A stretch of DNA of 63,906 bases, filler included, from Octopus bimaculoides (Eukaryota), in assembly GCF_001194135.2 (NCBI RefSeq). It is 7 parts of 7 records of this genome, joined end to end, with 100 filler letters (N's around TTAATTAATTAA, not from the genome) between each part and the next. Parts side by side here need not be neighbours in the genome. Positions count along the whole stretch, not along the records: positions 36,659 to 43,819 come from NC_068999.1; positions 43,920 to 58,074 come from NC_068985.1; 5 more parts are not named here. One strand, 5' to 3'. The notes under the pieces are model-generated. The model did no database searches, was not told where the DNA came from, and was given only the letters and a program-made list of their open reading frames with translations. Shown piece by piece: positions 39,230 through 51,166 of the stretch (position 1 is its first letter; every line of letters starts with the position of its first letter). A program made the translations under genes and the position numbers.

Positions 39230-40719
39230 NNNNNNNNNNNNNNNNNNNNNNNNNNNNNNNNNNNNNNNNNNNNNNNNNNNNNNNNNNNNNNNNNNNNNNN
39301 NNNNNNNNNNNNNNNNNNNNNNNNNNNNNNNNNNNNNNNNNNNNNNNNNNNNNNNNNNNNNNNNNNNNNNNNNNNNNNNNNNNNNNNNNNNNNNNNNNNN
39401 NNNNNNNNNNNNNNNNNNNNNNNNNNNNNNNNNNNNNNNNNNNNNNNNNNNNNNNNNNNNNNNNNNNNNNNNNNNNNNNNNNNNNNNNNNNNNNNNNNNN
39501 NNNNNNNNNNNNNNNNNNNNNNNNNNNNNNNNNNNNNNNNNNNNNNNNNNNNNNNNNNNNNNNNNNNNNNNNNNNNNNNNNNNNNNNNNNNNNNNNNNNN
39601 NNNNTATATATATATATATTCTAAAGTTCACAGTGATGTGAAACTAGAGCGCTGACAAATTCTCAGCTTTAGTGTGAATAAAAAACGCTCATCCTTTACA
39701 TGTATTGGGTACTCCATTATCATTTGTTTGACACTGAGCATTGAACGTATGTATGCATGTGTATGATGTATGTATGTATGTATGTATGTATGTATGTGTC
39801 TGTGTTTGTCCATCACCAACCGCTTAACAACCAGCGTTAAGTCATTAAGAGATTGTAACTTAGTGAATCGGCAAAGGTGACCGATAGATTAGGTGCCCTG
39901 GGTTGATTTGTCCGACTAAAACCCTCCAAGACAGTGCCCCGTTATGGCTACATTTCAATGGTTGAGGTAAGAGAAAGATAAATAATTTCACAAATGCATC
40001 ACTTGAAGATTTGAACTCGCCATATACTCTCTTCCCTTTATATATACAATTTTTATGGATTGATTTAAATAAAGATTATGTAAAAGATATAATACAAGAT
40101 ATATTTATTTAAAACGGAAAAATGTTCTTTTCTACATATAATTCAAGAAAGTATTTATTCCGCTAACCAAATCAATGTAATCATATTTATTAAAATATTT
40201 ATCTCTCAGTCAGTAAATTCGAAGAGAAAGTTTCTTTATAACAATTCCTAGAGCAATTTTACTAAGTTTGTTATTTCATATAATATATAAGATAACATTT
40301 TGATAGTTTTCTTGTAGTCAAGCTAGTGTAGTAATTCTTCTGAGATAGTCGAAATAGAAGTAATCTTTTTATCAATCTCTCACAATACCTTCCAGTACAA
40401 CTATCATAAGTTGTATTTGAAGCAATTTAAATCCATTCGTAAAGTTATATACCATGAGCATTATACGCAACCTCTCTCGCTTTTCTTTTCACTTTTATTA
40501 TAAACATTTATACACATTCATAGAAGATATTGACAGTAAACTAAAGGTGTACTCAATACTCAATACATAATATAAAATTCATATTCAGTAGAAAGTATTT
40601 GATTATTCAGACCGATGGTAGTCCCAATTGTATGAGACAAGTGTGAGGTGAAGTTTATTAGAAAGAAAAGATGCTGTGATGAGAAACCAATCAATCTCAA
40701 TCCTATTTATCGAGAAAGC

Positions 40720-41150
40720 TCAGTGGCAGCTGGTTTTGCCACTTTACAAACAATATTGCTATGACTGGTTTTAACTGCAGCGGTTTAGAAGAAAACACAC
40801 TCAAACTTGATGTACAGGCACCATAGGATGTTATACCCCATCGATTATAGTATGACGACGTTTCAGAAGTGTTTCGGTGTTTTGAAAGTTGTTCAGAATG
40901 AATACTGAATAGTGGCGGTAAATAGGGAACCCGTCTTTGACGATATCGCTGGCTGATTCAACGTATCTGTTGAGTATAACCAACAAGTTTATGCTTCGTT
41001 ATTGTTTCAGATAGTTCTATGCACGATGATCGAGCTCATTGAAAACGTTCAGTTATGCTCTTCCTTTCCAAACGAATTCGAAGAGGTAGAGATCACATTG
41101 ACCCTTGATCTGAATGACTATACATGTCGATTGTATCTCCTTTTAAAGAG
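40720..41150 (-). mobile_element. Possible heavily decayed Helitron Rep fragment
   Basis: Across frames: SSC...; DIVKDGFPIYRH; YNRW; YIKFE...AVK occur in the order of Helitron SPCM..C.K / DGYP.YRRR / DNRW.VPYN / HINVE..AVKY; weak. Confidence 0.25.
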
Positions 41151-42635
41151 GCTCGCAGTTAGGCCCTCGTAAATTCTTTTTAATACTATGAACGGTACTA
41201 TGATTGCTCAACTTAACAGTGTTTTAGAGATGCGTGATATTTTAAGTAGACTCAGTGAAGGATGTATTCATTTGCAAGCTGGATAGGAGGTGGAAAAGTT
41301 TCCGATTGTGTTTTTGGCTCATTTTGTACAACGGAATAGAAGTTAGCTTAGAATATCTTTGTTAAGCAAGTGAATCAACACTAAATAAATGCAAGCGTTT
41401 TCTTTTCGTATATAATTAATTATCTATTTTTTAAATAGTCTGTTCTAGCATATTCAGTACTTTGCTTTTATTGAGGAAAATATTGGATAATTTATTAATT
41501 GCATTCATGTCGTTCAAGACAAAAGAAAATTAGAGATATTTCAAAATTATAATTTTTCTCCGATAACAATCTTTCGTAGAAGGACACAGCGTAATTGTAA
41601 AAAAAAAAAAAAAAATTGAAAATGAATTTGTTTTGCAAATCGTGTGTTGATAGAGATATTGTTGTATTTCGGGATGGTCATTTTTCTTTTTCGTCAAATA
41701 AACACACGCACTATATATTCGTTCTTCACTCGTTTATTACTGTTCTTATTGTCACTCGTGTCCATTGTCCGGAAATCTTTCGTCACATTTCTGTGACCTC
41801 TTCAGCGACATTTCCGTTTTCGTGTGTGTTCTTGCTCTGCTTTTACCATTCTGTCCTTCTATGATGTGTATCCTTATATACGCATGTGTTTGTGTTTTTG
41901 TGTGTGTGTTTACATGTGTGTATGTGTGTGTGTATGCGTGTGTGTCATTGTTCTTAGTAGCCCTATGACCCTCCCCTCAGCCTCGTCTCCTACACCGTTG
42001 CCACCGCTGCAGCCCTTGAGCCCGACTTTTACGTACCGTTCTTGTAACTCACTGTGTTTGTATGTTCATCCACGCTGCTACCATCGTGGTAGAGGTTGTT
42101 GTTGTTGCCATTTTTGGTAGTCGTGTTGTTCATATTGCTGCAGCCGTCTGTGCAGTTACCGTATGTACGTTTGTGGGTGTGTATGGTTCGCTTCCTATGT
42201 TGTTTGTACCTATGTCCTTTACACAGTTTTTTTTTTTACTGTCTCATATTTCTTGATATTTATCATAGGTAAGTACATATATGTCTATTGCATGTGTTTT
42301 ACGCTGTTTGTATCTGATCTTTGTTCTTTTTTCCCTTCAGGATTTAGTCGTCATGCTGTGTGGTGTGGTGTGGTGGTGGGTGTTATTGTTTCATTCGTGT
42401 TTTCTGTTGAAGCTCGGTCTGTCTGTTTCTATGTGTGTAGCCTCTATGATCTAAGTGTCGTGTCAGCTCTATGCGTTGATAAAACCTTGAGGTCAGAGGA
42501 CAAAGTATTATCAACACATAGAATTGACATGATATTTAGACAGATCACAGAGGCTACATACATGCATGCATACATACATACATACATTCATACATACATA
42601 CATACATACATACATACATACATACATACATACAC

Positions 42636-43560
42636 AGACCTGGAAGGCAGCTCCTTGAGCAACACTCTTTGTCTGATAACCTAGAATATATGCTTAAAGA
42701 AGTCGCACGACTCTACTGCAATGTATCATCAGATGAAAGGATGAACCTATATGAGCAAAAGACTATGCATGGATATGTTAGAAGAAAGCTCCTTGATGAT
42801 AGTAACATCGATCATCAAAGCAGTTTATCATGGACCAATAACTGGATTCCTACCTCCCTCTCTGAAGGGTATGCGTTTGCAATCTGTAAAGAGATAGAGC
42901 TGCAGGCAAAGCCGTAAAATGCAACAACAACCAATGCAGACTTTGTGGAGTTCACACTGAAGGTATCACGCACATGATAAGCAGTTGTCCGAAAATGTCA
43001 TCACGGTATTATCTACCGGTGGGACGTGATGTTGTAGCTAGGACTCTCTATAATGAAATCTGTCGGAAGGATAATCCAGAGAACAAAGAAATAAGAACCC
43101 GCCACATGGTAGGAGACATAGCCACTCATAATAAAAAGGAATATAGGTGGAACGTACCAGTGAAGGCCTCAATAAAATGTAAGCACAACAGACCTGATAT
43201 AATGATTTGGGATAGAGAAGAGAAGCTGTGTAGAGTTGTGGAAATTAGCTGCCCAGTGGATGTTAACATAAAGCTGAAGATCAGTGAAAAAGAGAATACC
43301 TATTCTGAACTATTGAGAAATCTGAATGATAAGTTTAGGTTTATACCTGTAATTATTGGGGCCCTGGAATATGTAAAACACTGCCTAAATACCAATCTTA
43401 AGAAATTAAGTTTCCCAAAACCAGAAAGGAGAAAACTAATTCGAAGACTACAGATCCAATCCATCACTGGAACTGTAAAAATCTGTAAAACATTCCAGAA
43501 GTTTATCATTTAAATATATATATGAGCATGTCTAGATCTGCAACTATATGCATGAGTATA
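42636..43560 (+). mobile_element. RLE non-LTR retrotransposon 3' part, family D (CCHC knuckle plus PD-(D/E)xK endonuclease)
   Basis: CRLCGVHTEGITHMISSC (from 42935); HNRPDIMIWD...VEISCP.D...KEN.YSEL; IPVIIGAL; (TACA)n on both sides. Confidence 0.85.
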
Positions 43561-43919
43561 CATACATAATACATATAAATCTGCACTTACATATATACAT
43601 ACATACATACATACATACATACATACATACAAAAATACCCTGTTGTTGATGCTGAAATTCCCATGACGGAGCCTTGGATCTAGGATAGAAACCGGTTCTT
43701 TTTCTATTGGCAAGAAATTTTGAGATAAACAGAATAATGACACACACACATACACACACACACACACACGCACGCACGCACACACACATACACACATACA
43801 CATACGCACGCGCACACACNNNNNNNNNNNNNNNNNNNNNNNNNNNNNNNNNNNNNNNNNNNNTTAATTAATTAANNNNNNNNNNNNNNNNNNNNNNNNN
43901 NNNNNNNNNNNNNNNNNNN

Positions 43920-44310
43920 TTTTCCTGTCTCTAGGAATTCTATTGGCATGTTTGCTGGTCTTTCTATATGGCACGTATTTGGTGCATATGTCTTGTATGG
44001 TTGACATAAAATGACTTAGTTTGAGGTCATTGTCTTGTATAGAAAGGCTGTCGTGCCAGTTTTGATTTCGAATCTCTCTGCGAATTGACTTCCAGTCCGC
44101 CCCGTGGAAATTCAGGTTGGATATTCCTTGAGTCCTCCTGGTGGGGTGGGTGTCAGTGGGTTGTCTAGGACCATACATAGTTAATTCTATAATGTTATGA
44201 TCTGAGAGAGACGTGGGCGTTATTTTCACATTATGGATTAGGCTCACATTGTTTGTGAAGCAGAGATCTAAAATATTGCTTCCCCTGGTTGGTTGGAGTA
44301 TCACTTGTTA
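43920..44310 (-). mobile_element. CR1/L2-like LINE APE endonuclease C-terminus and linker
   Basis: QPTRGSNILDLCFTNN...SDHNII...NFHGADWKSI...ICTKYVP. Confidence 0.85.
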
Positions 44311-44398
44311 TATATATATTATCTATATTATTATGTGAGTGAACGCCACACAACCTCTTCCAAGTAAGTTTTATCGTATATATGTGTATGCATGTTTG

Positions 44399-44441
<43 letters not shown>

Positions 44442-44451
44442 NNNNNNNNNN

Positions 44452-44496
<45 letters not shown>

Positions 44497-44777
44497 CCCA
44501 TACGCGCATGCGTACACGGATAAATATATGCGAGTGCAAACATGTGTACGCATGTACATATATTGATACAAAAGACACTTATATATAGAAAGTGACATAC
44601 ACACATACCTACCGATAGATGGAGACAAATCGGCATATGTGCGTGCGCTCGTGCGAGCGTGCGTGAGTGTGTATGTGTGTGTGTGTTTGCTTTTGTGTAT
44701 GTTTGTATGTGTTCATGATTCACTGTGTATGTGAATGCAGCAAGGAATACAAATATATTTGTATATAACTAGCTTGA

Positions 44778-44822
<45 letters not shown>

Positions 44823-45169
44823 TATAGAATACGGTACACTCAGAAGTAAGTTATTTGTTAGAATATGAAAAGTTCTGCTGGGATACAAGTTAACTATTAA
44901 CTATCCAAGTATCAGCTCAGGCTGACCAATATTTCGGTCAATGAAAGATGTGTAGGCGTATACTTGTCAATGTCTTGGCAAAAATGTAAAAATCAATTCC
45001 CACTTTCGCCAGACTTTTCAACCTATACATAGAATACGTACAATATTCAATGAGACATTGGGCCGCATTTCATAGCATAAATCGTAAGACGAAGACATAT
45101 TTCTCCGTAATTTATATGATCGGAGAATGCATACATACATACATAAGTACCTGAACTAATATGCGTATA

Positions 45170-45386
45170 TACGAGAGATTGCTGAAAATTTCCTAGCTTT
45201 AAGGGTGTCATGAAAGGCCTAGTGGGAGGCCTAGACTTCTGAGATCTTTTTGAGGGAATAGGGAATTTGAATGACGGTACAGTTAGTGTGTGAATCTGAG
45301 ATGGGAATAAGTTGAATAAAATCATAATTAATTAATCCGCCTATATTTTCTTTAACCAAGAACCAGGACTTTTCAGCACCCACGCG
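45170..45386 (+). mobile_element. Mariner-derived MITE
   Basis: TIR-like tacgag...tgctgaaaatttcctag and ccaggacttttcagcacc; internal remnant of the transposase C-terminus (...CVNL..E.VE*). Confidence 0.65.
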
Positions 45387-45393
45387 TGTGTGC

Positions 45394-45431
<38 letters not shown>

Positions 45432-46289
45432 AATATATGAGTATATGCATATATATGTACATGTATGTAGATACCTTAATCTACATGTACATATAGATAC
45501 CTAACTGGGTACATNNNNNNNNNNNNNNNNNNNNNNNNNNNNNNNNNNNNNNNNNNNNNNNNNNNNNNNNNNNNNNNNNNNNNNNNNNNNNNNNNNNNNN
45601 NNNNNNNNNNNNNNNNNNNNNNNNNNNNNNNNNNNNNNNNNNNNNNNNNNNNNNNNNNNNNNNNNNNNNNNNNNNNNNNNNNNNNNNNNNNAGAAAATGC
45701 TAAAATAATTTTATAAAAAGACATTTCGGTAACGGTTTCAGTCATTGAAACATTTTTCACTGTTAGTATGGAAAACAATTAAATTTTGAAAAAATTAAGA
45801 AAAATGTTTTTTAAAAGAATATTTGCATAGTCGAATTCATTAAAAAACAATCTCAATCACTGCTATAATCCACAACGAGCCACTTTTAGTTCACTTGGCC
45901 ATTTAACATCCTACTACTATCATACCACCTGCATTCCTTTCTTATTCTCCCTTCTCTTTCTCCTTCTTCTTCTTCGTCTTCTTCCTCTCCGCCACAGCCT
46001 TCCTAAATTTACCACTCTTGCTGTTTAGAATAACACCTACGCAAATATTTGAAACAATACATTGAAAAGAGATATCTCAAAAATTCAGTCACTACTACCA
46101 CCCACAACCAGTCACTTTCAGGGCACTTGACCATTTAACATTCTACTACTATGCACTCCCGCATTCTTCTTCTTCTTCTCCTCCTCCTCCTCCTCCTTCT
46201 TCTTGTTCTTCTTCTTCCTCTTCTTCTCTGCCAAGAATTCACAACGACCTCGAACCCACAAGAGGTAAACAAGACAGAGAGAGACAGGC

Positions 46290-47180
46290 AGAAACAAGGA
46301 AAATGCCTCTTGTATGTATTCAGCTATTTAGATTACTGTTACCCAACTATGGTCACCACGCAGTATTACATCCTTCAGAGGACAATAAGGATCTCATATT
46401 CTCTCTTTTGGAAAGTTCTAAGGATCCATCCGGCCAACCGTCTGAATTTTATTATCATCTTAGTAATAGCATCTGGAAAGACTCGTTACTCTTCATGTCA
46501 AATCCCAGGTTGTGCACTGATTTTGATTCCAGGAGTGCAGCCCCTCCAGGGCCAGTGTATTCAGTCTTCTTTTCATACCACTTTCTGTGTTGGCAGTGCA
46601 AGGTTTGGAATTTTCCAGCTAGAGATGATATCAACTTAAGCTCAGCAACTGGTCACGATGATTTCCCAGTTATTCTCCTGAAAGCTTGCGAGCTTTAGCG
46701 AAATCACATCAGATATTTTTTCCAGAGATTCGCTGCAACTGGTAAACTTCCTAAAAAAGCTAGAGGAAGGTATTATATGCGCTATCTATGAAGGTTGGGG
46801 CACGCACAAAAGAAGTTAGAAACTACATACCAATCTCTCTGACTTCTCATATCAGTAAAATTAAAGGGCGAAACATCAAAAACAGATAATGATCCGAGAA
46901 GAAAATGACTTACAGACCTAAAAGTACTGCAATTCAATAGTCATAGGCAGACTTGAAGGTCAATAAGTTTATATGCCCATTACCAAGATGACAGCAAAGT
47001 GCTGAATACTGGCAAGATGGTTACTCAGTTCCTTCAGAACAAGAGACAAGAAGCTATGCTGATACTGTTGACGGTCTGACGTTACTACAATAGAAAGATT
47101 GTAACTGTACAGCAGATGAGCTACAGAGAGAGAGGCTGAAAAAACTACTACTTTACTCCCTGGAGTGGCAACCCGCACTT
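46290..47180 (+). mobile_element. Decayed, internally deleted CR1-like ORF2
   Basis: SSATGHDDFPVILLKAC; RNYIPISLTSHISK; WLLSSFRTRD; YRERLKKL.LYSLE. Confidence 0.75.
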
Positions 47181-48478
47181 ACTTTATTATTGTGTTGTAT
47201 CAGTGAAATTTCTTCTGCCCGTAACATATATAACCTTATTTAAAATATTTCTCTTGAGAGAAATCTGTGAAAATGCTTTGATATGATGGTTATTCACTTA
47301 AATTTCTAATGATTTTTCATAAAAGATTACGTTCTTATTATGTCTCTTGAAGTATATCTCTAAAATTTAGCCTGGCCATATAAAACTTATCTAAAATTAT
47401 ATGTAATCTCACCACTGTCTGCCAAATTCTACCAACCATTTGCGAACATAGCCAGAAAGTTTCAAATACAAACTTACTCTATGTCTCAGAAACCACTACG
47501 ATGAGACATTGAAATGGAAATTCCTCCTGCTAAATATACAAATTCCATTTTATCTAAGAAACCATCAAAACATTAAGCATATTTAATAAGGTCAAAAATA
47601 TCTGCAAGCCACAAGATAAGAAGATGCGTCTGTTTTATTTTCTCGAAATCTAGGAAATTTAACTCCAACAACATCCAAAAAAATGTGTAGGCAAAAGAAT
47701 AATGGAACTCGCAAAAGAAGAATTGCAGCGCCTCGATATACTAAAACTAAAATATACGATGTACAATTATATCTATCTAGAATCGGTTTTTAAATATTAT
47801 GACCAAAATAGTAGATGTGTTCATAATTTAGTGCTGTGAGATTACTGTGTAGTGTATGAATGTCATTTTCGTTAGCTTATGAAGTATTCTGTTGCCCGTA
47901 ACTCATTTCAATGCAGTAAAATTTTATAGATGTTATGATTGCATGAACTCAATTTGTATTATATATTTTAATGAGTTATCAGTCACCCTTCAAGGCAAAA
48001 CTGGCTAACATGTACTCCGTTTTCATTTAATATCGTAGGCACTTATATTGTCGGGAGCAATATATAGGTGGTGTATTTATTTAACATTATTAGCCACGCT
48101 TCCTAAAATGGCTACTAAAAAGGCTATTCTTTGCTGCGCCTGTGCCACTCATCGGAGATAGGTACTTACACCCCGTAACTACCACCTTAATTAAATCGTT
48201 GATTTTAATGATTTTGTCATTACAAACGAAGGCTTGGTGTTTAGAGTATAAGGCTAATGATCGTTAGGTTGTAGTTTCGTTTTCTTGGACAAAACATTTC
48301 ATTTCACGCTGTTCTAGTTCACTGAGTTAGCAAAATTACTAAAATGGTGAAATCGCGATATGTCTGGCAAACCGGCAAAGGATGGTGATCCCGTCTCAAG
48401 AACAGAAGGTAACTTATGCATGGGTGGGCCATAAGCTAATTTTGATGTTGGGTATTATCACCATCACTGCTTACTCAC

Positions 48479-48595
48479 AGATCAGCTCTTGTTGTGCAGA
48501 CCAGTTGAAATAATAGATTTTGATACCATTTGTGCATTTGACTAACACTGCCCAAGACCAAAGCATTGGTGACAGGTTGCAATAATGAACAAGGC
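48479..48595 (-). CDS. Candidate symmetric 117-nt exon (phase 1-1: LVHYCNLSPMLWSWAVLVKCTNGIKIYYFNWSAQQELI)
   Basis: Minus acceptor gcattcacAG, donor TCT|GTGAGT; length divisible by 3; two of three frames open; unique sequence. Confidence 0.3.
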
Positions 48596-49059
48596 CTGTG
48601 AATGCATCGATGTTTTAACACAGAATCATGTGGTAGTTTTAATATCTATTCCTGTTTAGGCCATAATGGTGGGCGATATCAAGAATACTGTTCTTATATG
48701 TAAAGTAAAGTTATATAAATCTAACATTATATATTTACTTTTGCTATTATGTTCTGTTTCTATGATTTCGTTTCCTAACACATCTCACTTGCTTTTATTT
48801 AGATTGTGTCTGTCTTTGAAACTATACTTCTGTCCACTGGGATATGTTCGTCAGAAAATACTGTTCGTCAGAAGATGCTGTTCAAGCGGTTGTCTTGTTT
48901 TTTCCTATATGTGTATATCAAATGAAATCTTATAGAATTAAGTAATTTTGCAATATTCTGATATCAGTCCGGCACTGTATATCGCATGGTTCGTTAATGA
49001 CTTTGTGTTCCAAGTCATTGCATAGTATTACTCATATCGTTCTTCTTTTAAATCTTTCT

Positions 49060-49297
<238 letters not shown>

Positions 49298-49880
49298 TAG
49301 ACGTCGCACAGTATACAATATTATGAGGTTGTTGATTGAAGATATTGTGTCTATCGGGGATTTGTCCCGTTTGTCAGGTCACAATAACGACCTCAGACAG
49401 ACAGTACTTTACGCAATATGCGTACAGTTCTGAGTAATGCCGATTTTTGCAATACACCTAGATTGTAGGATGTTGCAAAAGTTTCCAGATATTTCTTCAG
49501 TGTGGGTGGAATTGAATTCCATGTTCCGATGACAACAGGGACATACTTTATGTTTGACTCTCGTAGCTGCCACATCTTGACGAGCTCAATTATGAAGCCT
49601 CCATATTTATCAATCATTTCTCTTTTTTTTTCATGATAATATGTTGATCTTTTGGCACTGCCACATCGATTAGTAGGCACTCTTGTTGCCCTTCCTAAAG
49701 GTTAATATATCCGGCCTTCGGTGCTTTAATACCTTGTCTGTCGAGAAGTCAAAGTCTCACAGCATTTTTGTCTTCTTATTTTCGTCCATTATCTTTTCCA
49801 GTATATGTAGACACCAGGCACCCGTTACCTCGTGTGTATACTTCTGCCAGAGTAGACTGTTGGAAAAGACAAATTCCTAA
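49298..49880 (-). mobile_element. RLE non-LTR retrotransposon (R4/Dong-like) 3' part, family C, frameshifted
   Basis: L*DFDFSTDKVLKHRRPDIL; ECLLIDVAVPKD; IDKY..ELVKMW...VPVVIG...LQKSALLRTVRILRKVL*; 3' UTR ends at (CTA)n. Confidence 0.85.
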
Positions 49881-49914
49881 CTTCGGGCTACAACAAGTAA
49901 CCTTAGATGCCAAG

Positions 49915-50600
49915 ATCCCTCCTATGCCATCAAAGTGAAACTGGGATAAAATATACGAAGCCCAACATTCCCAGTATGCCTAGCGTGACTACTCTTCTAA
50001 TAAGGGAATACAGGCACATGCATCACAACCATATGTGCACGATATGGTAGTTTAATATCAAGATAAACAGCGCATGATCTTGCAGGTGGGGATCGGTTAG
50101 GAGTTTCTTCAGTTCGAGTAGTACATACTGCTCAAAATGTCGCTGAATAAGGGTTGTTTAAAGATATTGAACGAAACACCCATGTTTCCAAAGGTTAATT
50201 ATCCAAACTCCAAAATTTTCTTTCAACACATGTATATAATACTTCCCCCAATACTTCTAATTGTGACCAGAGTTGTGCCTATCGTCAGCCACTAAGGAAC
50301 ATGCTCTGCTAGTTAAGGTCAAACAACTGACAAGGAAATCTGTGGTATTCAACAGAATATTTGCTGTAGCCCATCCTTTATACCAAGACAAAACAATGTA
50401 CAGGATAACACTTCCAATCAGTTACAATCAGAAGCTATGAAAACCACTGTATGGTACTGCATCAGGGCAATTTTTGCTATTTACTTGTAATCTGCATGTT
50501 TGTTGCAATCATTAGCGGAGACACACCCAGCGTCCTAGGGCGAGTGAAGGATAAGAGATGTTACATTTTGACTGAAAGCTTGGGGAGGGGACGTGGTAGT
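49915..50600 (-). mobile_element. Probable LINE 3' UTR repeat (family unassigned)
   Basis: Long non-coding segment resembling a cephalopod LINE 3' region from recall only; no second copy in window. Confidence 0.35.
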
Positions 50601-50769
50601 GGCAGTAGAGAAACGTTTTCATGTAATACAACACATACATTGAAATTCATAGAGTTTTTCTAAAGATGTCGGTAGTGGTTGTCAGCACAATCACTTGGAT
50701 TTCCTTGAGATATGGTTCTCCGGGGATATTGACTGAATGTTTCTGGCATCTCTTACATATGTTATCTAC

Positions 50770-51166
50770 CCTACCTAAAGTGAGCGGGTAGAAATCGTTA
50801 GAAAGCCGGACAAAATGCTATATGGCATCTGATTTCTCAGTTCAAATTTCGCCGAGGCTGACTTTCATACTTTCGTGTCGTTGAAATTAATACCAGTCGA
50901 GTAATGGGGTCGATGTCATTGACTTCCATCTCCCCGATTATCTACTGGCCCAGTGTTAAAATTTGAAGCTACTATGTTTCAATAGGTTTGTCCGAGTATT
51001 TTATTCTATTATTACTTCATCCCTCAAACGGTGAGCTGGAAGAAACGTTTGCACGCCGGGCAAAAAACTAAGTAGCTTTTGTTCCGTCTTCATGTTCTGA
51101 GTTCAAATTCCGCTGAGGTCAGCTTTGTCTTTCATATTTTCCGTGTCGATAATATAAGTTGGACAT
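50770..51166 (+). mobile_element. Two decayed copies of the abundant SINE (another at 53478-53690)
   Basis: agttcaaatttcgccgagg.., gagttcaaattccgctgaggtcagctttg. Confidence 0.7.

Noticed and set aside
45885-46230. Diverged ~100-bp direct duplication (cacttg.ccatttaacat.ctactactat)
   Set aside because: Old local duplication in low-complexity sequence with no further structure.
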